DNA of 13,012 nucleotides from Myxococcota bacterium. GTDB taxonomy: Bacteria > Myxococcota_A > UBA796 > SXON01. The position numbers were made by a program, and so were the translations under genes. Of the stretch, positions 7,350 through 13,012 are shown one piece after another. The notes under the pieces were generated by a model, which was given only the letters and a program-made list of their open reading frames with translations, was not told the origin of the DNA and ran no database searches. Positions within the stretch are counted from its first letter, which is position 1, and each line of letters starts with the position of its first letter. Where the stretch lies: positions 1 through 13,012 of the forward strand of contig JAZKFH010000062.1 of assembly GCA_040386535.1 (NCBI GenBank). The letters run 5' to 3'.

Positions 7350-7375
7350 GGCGCGCTGCGGTCGGCCGGGCGCGG
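7345..7375. repeat. Partial copy C (terminal hairpin) of the 104-bp element
   Basis: 7345-7373 CGCCCGGCGCGCTGCGGTCGGCCGGGCGC is identical to 6715-6743. Confidence 0.85.
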
Positions 7376-7382
7376 TAGGACA

Positions 7383-8681
7383 TCAAGCCCCCGCCCACGC
7401 CAACCCATACGGCAGCCCCCCCTCCAGCCCCCCATGCCACGCCAGGACGCCCTTCGGGCCCACCACCAACAAACGGTGGGCCTCGTGGCGCTCGGGCCAT
7501 TCCATCGTGTCGAGTTGGGTCTCGAGCACGTGGGGTGGCACCGCCGTGTCGCGCGCGCGGTTGCGGCGCGCCCAGCCGGCGGGGTCGTCGGCGAAGGCCA
7601 CGATCGTGACGAGGGCGCCGTAGTCGAAGCCGAGCCGGAGGATCGGCGCGCGGAAGTCGCGGCGGAGCGACGTGGCGTCCCACACGACGCGGCGATCCGC
7701 GCGGAGCGAGACCCGGAGCAACTCGCGCGCGGCCTGCCGGACCTGCCCGTTGAGGGACTGGTCGGATTGTTCGCCAGCGAGCCCGTCCCGCAACGCGTCG
7801 AGCGAGACGACGTCGTGCCGCCACGGCTCCCGGCCCAGCACCGTGTGCGCGAACGTGGTCTTGCCCGCGCCGCTCGGCCCGACGAGCACCACCAGCTCGG
7901 GGAGCCGCTCGGTGGCCGCGTGGCCGAGCCAGAGGGCGGCGTCGGGGGTGCGCCACCGGCCCTCCTCGGCGCCGCGGATCGCCTCCCCGAAGGCACGATC
8001 GCGCGCGGCCTCGGGGAGGTGCCCGAACGCGTCGGCGTAGAAGGCCCGCCACGCGGGCTCCCAGTCGCGAACGCCGAGCTCCTCGGCGTTCATGCGGAAC
8101 AGCTCGATGTCCTCGACCAGGGCGGGGCGGTCCTGACACGTGCGGCCGCGCATGTCCGCGAGCTCGACACGGGCGAGCCGATCGGGGTCCACCCCGCGGG
8201 CGACACGCCGCCACACGCCCTCGGGGTGGTCCCGCTTCACGAGCAACCGCGGCTCGTGGTGGGAGCCGACGATGCCCAGCACCTCCTCGACGGCCGCGTA
8301 GGGGAGCCCCCACCCGAGCAGGCGCGGCGCGAGCCACGACCGGCCCCGCGCCTCGTGGCCACGGGCCACGACCCGCATCCGACCCAACACCTCGGCGTCG
8401 CGTGTGGAGAGCGGCTTGGCGATGTCGTGGAGCAGGGCGCCGAGCACGAGCAGGAGCCGCTCGTCGCCCGACACGGGGTGCCGCGCCAGGTCGGCGTAGA
8501 GCTCGTCGAGCACCATGCCGGTGTGGACGCGCACGTCCCCCTCCGCGTGCCAACCCGGGTCCTGGCGCGTGTCGGCGAAGGCGTGGAGCAGCGGCAGATC
8601 GTCGCCGAGCGCGTCGATGCAGGCGTCGATGTCGAGGGTGCCGCCGCCACGGACGGCGGCGATCCAAGCCTGCGGAGTCAT
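7383..8681 (-). CDS. HD-domain phosphoesterase fused to a P-loop (AAA_33-type) polynucleotide kinase, HD-Pnk-like end-healing enzyme (432 aa)
   Basis: HD motifs QDPGWHAEGDVRVHT, ALLHDIAKP, GHEARG, SHH and LADMRGR. Kinase motifs LVGPSGAGKTT, VSLDALRD and VWDATSLRRDFR. Start ATG 8681 overlaps the ligase stop (ATGA). Confidence 0.9.
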   Translation of the reverse strand: MTPQAWIAAVRGGGTLDIDACIDALGDDLPLLHAFADTRQDPGWHAEGDVRVHTGMVLDELYADLARHPVSGDERLLLVLGALLHDIAKPLSTRDAEVLGRMRVVARGHEARGRSWLAPRLLGWGLPYAAVEEVLGIVGSHHEPRLLVKRDHPEGVWRRVARGVDPDRLARVELADMRGRTCQDRPALVEDIELFRMNAEELGVRDWEPAWRAFYADAFGHLPEAARDRAFGEAIRGAEEGRWRTPDAALWLGHAATERLPELVVLVGPSGAGKTTFAHTVLGREPWRHDVVSLDALRDGLAGEQSDQSLNGQVRQAARELLRVSLRADRRVVWDATSLRRDFRAPILRLGFDYGALVTIVAFADDPAGWARRNRARDTAVPPHVLETQLDTMEWPERHEAHRLLVVGPKGVLAWHGGLEGGLPYGLAWAGA

Positions 8682-9313
8682 CTGGCACCTCGGAGGCCGT
8701 TCGGCACGACCGGACGGGAGAGCCAATGGGCGTCGGTGGTGACATGCCCGTTGCGCACCCACTTGGCGACGGACACGCCGAAGTCCGCGTGGGCGAACGG
8801 GTCGGCGAGGCGCACCACGACGCCCTCCTGGCGGGTCGCATCGAGGGACGTGGTGAGCCGGCGCACGCCCTTTTCGTCCCACACCCCTCGCCACAGTACG
8901 GGGACGGTTGGCACGTCGAGGAGCGCGGCCCATTCGACGGTGGCATCCCAAGCGAGGCAGGTGTTGGTCTCGTCCCACACCGAGAAGAGCAGGAACCACG
9001 CGTCGAGATCCGTGTAGGCGAGCGAGTGCACGGCCTGCAGGTTCTCGCCGCAGAGCCGCCACCCGTCCGGCAGGGAGGCGCCGATGCGCGCCTGGAGCTG
9101 CTTGACGGCGGTGCGGGAGGGGTGATGGGCGGAGTCGAGCGAGCGGGCGTGGACATGGTCGGCGTAGAGCGAGGTGTTCTCGCCGTCCATCTTCTCGGTC
9201 ACGACGACTTCACGCCCGACGAACGCGGAGACGTCGAGCAGATACACGTCGTCCGCGGCGGCGCCGGGCGACCACGGGAGGTGCGGTGTACGGGGGTACT
9301 TGTGGCGGGACAT
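8678..9313 (-). CDS. ATP-dependent RNA ligase family protein (Rnl2-like nucleotidyltransferase domain only, 211 aa)
   Basis: N-terminal KYPRTPHLPWSPG; motif I TEKMDGEN, III LCGENL, IIIa FLLFSVWD, IV EGVVVR and V AKWVR. ATG 9313 chosen because it lies just before the conserved KYPRT. Confidence 0.92.
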   Translation of the reverse strand: MSRHKYPRTPHLPWSPGAAADDVYLLDVSAFVGREVVVTEKMDGENTSLYADHVHARSLDSAHHPSRTAVKQLQARIGASLPDGWRLCGENLQAVHSLAYTDLDAWFLLFSVWDETNTCLAWDATVEWAALLDVPTVPVLWRGVWDEKGVRRLTTSLDATRQEGVVVRLADPFAHADFGVSVAKWVRNGHVTTDAHWLSRPVVPNGLRGAR

Positions 9314-9501
9314 GGGGCATTCCGGCGGTCGTGGTGACCGCGTGGGCGGGTTCCGAAGGTACACGTGTCCCCACCGCGGGCCGACGCTGTTCGATCAGCG
9401 TGGTGCCGGAAGGGGGAGGGAGTGGCCAGGGAACGTCGCTACATCAGGGTGCCGCGGGAGAACTAATCGCGCGGGGCGGGGGGGCGCAAGGGCCCCCACG
9501 A

Positions 9502-10281
9502 TCACCCCCCCGACCACTCCAACACAGACCGGTTGAATTCCTCCGCGGCCTCGACCGTCACCCAGTGGCCGGTGTCATACCCGACCACGCGGTTCCCCGG
9601 GCGCTTCGCCAGGGCGTCCGCCCACTCGGGGGCGAAGAATTGCAGGGGCTTGCGCCGGCCGTAGGCGAAGTAGACCGGGCACGTGGGCTCGAATCGCGCG
9701 AGCCGCCAATAGGAGCCGTGCCGGCCGGTCAATTGGATGAAGTACGGGTAGTCCATGCCGGCGTGGACGAGCGCGCGTTGGTCCGCCGGGGAACGCAACA
9801 CGCGGGCCATGGCGCGGGTCATCGTGTCGCCCGCGCGGCCGCCCACCACCCACGCCGCCGCGAGCACGGATTGGTAGGCGCCGACCAGGAAGAGCTCGCG
9901 GGGCCCCCAGCTGCCCATGAGCGTCCGGGGATCGCCGATGTCGACCATCACGACGCGGCTGACCCGGTCGGGGTGCGCCGCGTAGAATTGGGTGCCGAAG
10001 ACACAGCCCCAATCGTGGAGCATCAGGATCACGGGCCAGTCGGGGCTCACCTGGTCGACGATGTCACGGAGGAGCGCCACGATCTCGTCGAGGGAGTGGG
10101 CGGCGCGCGAGGAGCCCGGCTCGAAGCCGGGCAAGCTGAACCGGACGCAGCGGTAGCGGTCCCGGAACGCGGCGACCTGCGGCTCCCACATGCGCCAGGT
10201 GTCGGGCCAGCCGTGCACCATCACGATGGTGGTGTCGCCGGTGCCCTCGACGTGGACGTTGACGCCGTCGATCGTGGACAT
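9502..10281 (-). CDS. Alpha/beta fold hydrolase, epoxide hydrolase/dehalogenase-like subfamily (259 aa)
   Basis: Oxyanion motif MVHGWPD, FSLPGF, Asp-nucleophile elbow LHDWG and catalytic His in TGHWV. GGAG lies 8 nt before ATG 10281. Confidence 0.92.
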   Translation of the reverse strand: MSTIDGVNVHVEGTGDTTIVMVHGWPDTWRMWEPQVAAFRDRYRCVRFSLPGFEPGSSRAAHSLDEIVALLRDIVDQVSPDWPVILMLHDWGCVFGTQFYAAHPDRVSRVVMVDIGDPRTLMGSWGPRELFLVGAYQSVLAAAWVVGGRAGDTMTRAMARVLRSPADQRALVHAGMDYPYFIQLTGRHGSYWRLARFEPTCPVYFAYGRRKPLQFFAPEWADALAKRPGNRVVGYDTGHWVTVEAAEEFNRSVLEWSGG

Positions 10282-10523
10282 GGCCGGTGCTCCGCGGAGA
10301 AGGAGGCTTATCGCGCGGGCGGGGCGGCGTGGCCGGGCGAGAGAGCGCGCGGGACTGCAAGGGACTGCAAGGGGCACCGGGGTTCACCCCCACAACGTAG
10401 TCCCCAGGCTCGTTGCAGCGACATGGGTACGGCCGATCCCCCTCCGTTTTCGAGGGTCCATTTGGCCGATGTGCGGCGGGTGGCCCGGGACGCGCGTATG
10501 GTCCCGCCCCGCCGAGGTTCCCG

Positions 10524-13012
10524 ATGTCCCTGCCCGCCCCGTTCGTCCGCCGCATATTCTCGACCACGCTGCTCGTGCTCTCCGGATGCGGCCTGCCCGG
10601 CCGCGACACGGCGCCCCAGGACTCGGCCCCTGCCGACCCGTGGACCGACGAGATCTCCGCCCGCATCCGCGACGCCGCGCACGCCTTCGTGGCCGATGGC
10701 GACACGTTCACGGCCGAGTCGCCGGGGCACGGCATCAGCGGGCGCTTCGACGGCGCGGGCGCGCTCCTCCAGCGTGAGGACGAGGGGATCGCGGTGCGCT
10801 CCACGCGCTGGGGCCGCGCCAACGCGATGGAGCGCATCTCCGCGGCGCCGCCGCAGCTCGGCGCGTGCGTCGCCGGGCGGGAGGATCCCGAGGGCAACTG
10901 CATCCCGCGCCTCGAGTACGCCGACGCGGGCCTGACCGAGTGGTGGACGGCCACGGAGGACGGCTTCGAGCAGGGCTGGACGCTCGACGCGCCGCCCGCG
11001 GGGGCGGGCGCCGTGGCGATCGACGTTGGCGTCGACGGCGCCACCGTGACCGTGGGCGACGGCGAAGTGTGGCTGCACGGCGACGGCGGCGAGCTGTGGA
11101 TCGTGTCCGGCCTGGTGGCGTGGGACGCCGATGGGACGCCGCTCGACGCGCGGTTCGAGTTGGCGGAGGGCGGGCTGCGGGTCACGGTGGACGACGCGGG
11201 CGCGCGGTATCCGATCGAGATCGATCCGGTTTACTCGACGGCGAGCACGACGATGACGGGGTCGGCGGGGAGCTCCTTCGGCTGGTCGGTGTCGGGCGCG
11301 GGGGACGTGAATGGGGATGGCTACGACGACGTGATCGTGGGGGCGTACGTCCACGGCTCGGGCGCCGGCCAAGCGTACGTGTACCTCGGATCCGCGGAAG
11401 GAATCTCGACCACGGCGAGCACCACGCTGACCGGCGAGGCCACGCGCAACTACTTCGGGTTCTCGGTGTCGGGCGCGGGCGACGTGAACGGAGACGGCTA
11501 CGACGACGTGATCGTGGGGGCATCCGGGTACAGCTCGGACCTCGGCCGGGCGTACGTGTTCGAGGGCTCGGCCACGGGAGTCGCCTCGGGGAGCGCCACC
11601 ACGGCGGACGCCACGTTGACCGGCGAGGCCAGACCCAACTCCTTCGGGATCTCGGTGTCGGGCGCGGGCGACGTGAACGGAGACGGCTACGACGATGTGA
11701 TCGTGGGGGCGGACTATTACAGCTCGTCCACCGGGCGGGCGTACGTGTTCGAGGGCTCCGCCACGGGGGTGGCGACGGGGATCGCGACCACAGCGGACAC
11801 TGCGCTCACCGGCGGGGCCATGTTCGACAACTTCGCCTACTCGGTGTCGGGCGCGGGCGACGTGGACGGAGATGGCTACGACGACGTGATCGTGGGGGCG
11901 TATCAGTACAGCCTGGGCACCGGTCGGGCCTACGTTTTCCAGGGCTCGGCCACGGGGGTGGCGTCGCGGAGCACGACCACGGCGGACACCACGCTGACCG
12001 GCGAGGCCCGTTCTTACTACTTCGGGCGGACGGTATCGGGCGCCGGAGACGTGAACGGAGACGGGTACGACGACGTGATCGTGGGGGAGCCCTTTCACGG
12101 CTCGGGCGCCGGTCGGGCGTCCGTGTTCGCAGGCTCGGCCACGGGCGTAGCGACAGCGCTCTCGACCGCGGCGAGCACCACGCTTACCGGCGAGACCGCT
12201 TCAGACAACTTTGGGCTTTCGGTGTCGGGCGCGGGAGACGTGAACGGAGACGGCTACGACGACGTGATCGTGGGGGCGTACTATCACAACTCGGGCACGG
12301 GCCGGGCGTACGTGTTCGGGGGCTCGGGCACGGGGCTCGCGACCACCGCGGACACCACGCTGAACGGCGTGGACGCGTACGCCTACTTCGGGTGCTCGGT
12401 GTCCGGCGCGGGAGACGTGAACGGCGACGGCTACGACGACGTGATCGTGGGGGCGTGGGCGCACAGCTCGGGCACCGGCCGGGTGTACGTGCACCACGGG
12501 TACGAAGACGCCGACGGCGACGGCTACGTCGCGACGAACGACTGCGACGACACCGACGCCTCGGTCACCGTGGAAAGCACGTTCTACGCGGATGCGGACG
12601 GCGATAGCTACGGCAGCGCTGCCACGAGTGTCTCCGCGTGCGAGGCGCCGACCGGCTACGTCGTCGACACGACGGATTGCGACGACGCGGTCGCCGCGAT
12701 CAACCCCGCCGCCACCGAAGTGTGTGACGCGGCCAACACCGACGAGGATTGCGATGGCCTCGCGGACGACTTCAGCGCCGCCGGCCTGAGCACGTTCTAC
12801 ACCGATTTGGACAGCGACGGGTACGGGAGTGACACGACCGGGTCCTATTGTGACATGCCCCCCGGCTACGTCACGGAGAGCGGAGACTGCGACGACACCA
12901 ACCCCGCCATCTCCCCGTCGGCAACAGAGGTGTGCGACGCGGCAAACACCGACGAGAACTGCGACGGCCTCGCGGACGACGCGAGCGCCACCGGTCGAAG
13001 CACGTTCTACGC
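10524..13012 (+). CDS. Large surface lipoprotein, 3'-truncated by the window (>829 aa): N-terminal beta-rich domain, 7 FG-GAP (integrin-alpha-like) repeats, then MopE-related Cys/Asp-rich putative metal-binding repeats
   Basis: Not in the ORF track because there is no stop inside the window. Manual translation from ATG 10524 (GAGG at 10514-10517) gives MSLPAPFVRRIFSTTLLVLSGC (lipobox LSGC)...GLTEWW...FEQGWTL...YPIEIDP, then 7 x F[GA]x[ST]VSGAGDV[ND]GDGYDDVIVG, then DADGDGY...DCDD...INPAATEVCD...DEDCDGLAD repeats. The frame is open to the end of the window. Confidence 0.93.
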   Translation, partial: MSLPAPFVRRIFSTTLLVLSGCGLPGRDTAPQDSAPADPWTDEISARIRDAAHAFVADGDTFTAESPGHGISGRFDGAGALLQREDEGIAVRSTRWGRANAMERISAAPPQLGACVAGREDPEGNCIPRLEYADAGLTEWWTATEDGFEQGWTLDAPPAGAGAVAIDVGVDGATVTVGDGEVWLHGDGGELWIVSGLVAWDADGTPLDARFELAEGGLRVTVDDAGARYPIEIDPVYSTASTTMTGSAGSSFGWSVSGAGDVNGDGYDDVIVGAYVHGSGAGQAYVYLGSAEGISTTASTTLTGEATRNYFGFSVSGAGDVNGDGYDDVIVGASGYSSDLGRAYVFEGSATGVASGSATTADATLTGEARPNSFGISVSGAGDVNGDGYDDVIVGADYYSSSTGRAYVFEGSATGVATGIATTADTALTGGAMFDNFAYSVSGAGDVDGDGYDDVIVGAYQYSLGTGRAYVFQGSATGVASRSTTTADTTLTGEARSYYFGRTVSGAGDVNGDGYDDVIVGEPFHGSGAGRASVFAGSATGVATALSTAASTTLTGETASDNFGLSVSGAGDVNGDGYDDVIVGAYYHNSGTGRAYVFGGSGTGLATTADTTLNGVDAYAYFGCSVSGAGDVNGDGYDDVIVGAWAHSSGTGRVYVHHGYEDADGDGYVATNDCDDTDASVTVESTFYADADGDSYGSAATSVSACEAPTGYVVDTTDCDDAVAAINPAATEVCDAANTDEDCDGLADDFSAAGLSTFYTDLDSDGYGSDTTGSYCDMPPGYVTESGDCDDTNPAISPSATEVCDAANTDENCDGLADDASATGRSTFY
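11277..12500 (+). repeat. Seven intragenic FG-GAP repeats
   Basis: Repeat Phe codons at 11277, 11454, 11643, 11832, 12021, 12210 and 12387 (spacings 177, 189, 189, 189, 189, 177), with near-identical nucleotide cores of about 60 bp. Confidence 0.92.
12507..13012 (+). repeat. Intragenic MopE-like repeats, about 210-bp (70 aa) period
   Basis: STFY codons at 12576, 12789 and 12999; EVCDAANTDExCDGLADD at 12717 and 12927. Confidence 0.85.

Noticed and set aside
4237..7375. Integron cassette array with the repeats as attC sites
   Set aside because: I could not find properly spaced RYYYAAC...GTTRRRY boxes bounding the repeats, and there is no integron integrase. The CCCAAC motifs at 4541-4612 do not form an attC-sized palindrome.
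8682..9062. N-terminal extension of the HD-kinase (559-aa ORF)
   Set aside because: It overlaps the ligase in another frame and is Arg/Pro-rich shadow sequence. The ATGA overlap at 8681 is a better start.
98..10935. Many long Arg/Pro/Gly-rich overlapping ORFs (e.g. 177..1031, 1052..2128, 2832..4133, 3107..4867, 7260..9017, 7324..9156, 9286..10935)
   Set aside because: They are stop-poor shadow frames typical of high-GC DNA, have no recognisable motifs, and overlap well-supported genes.
11230..12500. Diversity-generating retroelement target
   Set aside because: Some variable codons fit NNC, but C-ending codons are the default at this GC content and others (tgg, cgg, aga, cag) do not fit. No reverse transcriptase or template repeat is present in the window.
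10308..12607. Long ORFs 10308..12098 (-) and 10865..12607 (+)
   Set aside because: These are antisense and off-frame shadows of the FG-GAP gene; their periodicity mirrors its repeats.
1..13012. tRNA, rRNA, transposase or integrase genes
   Set aside because: I recognised no cloverleaf or T-loop signature, rRNA-like segment, or DDE/tyrosine/serine recombinase motif.

Overview
GC-rich bacterial window; the FG-GAP/MopE-repeat surface lipoprotein suggests a Myxococcota-like organism (inference). In order it encodes a lipoprotein-type MsrA (-), a stomatin/SPFH protein (+), a small Cys-rich lipoprotein that appears to start at CTG (+), and a YciI/DGPF + ECF42-type sigma factor pair with a matching autoregulatory promoter (+). 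A hairpin-dense intergenic region follows, then a lipoprotein serine hydrolase of the beta-lactamase family (-) bracketed by two 104-bp direct repeats and two tandem hairpin arrays (3x50 bp, about 3.2x53 bp). Next come a truncated copy of an alpha/beta-hydrolase 3' end (-), a translationally coupled RNA end-healing/sealing pair (HD-phosphoesterase-polynucleotide kinase + minimal RNA ligase, -), and the intact alpha/beta hydrolase (-). The window ends in a large + strand lipoprotein that is missing from the ORF track because it runs off the end; it has 7 FG-GAP blades and Cys/Asp-rich MopE-like repeats. The most notable structure is the RNA-repair cassette lying between two copies of the hydrolase 3' end. 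The copies share a 74-bp identical core and a repeat-derived hairpin marks the junction, which suggests an integration event. All coordinates and mismatch counts were read by hand; no searches were run.
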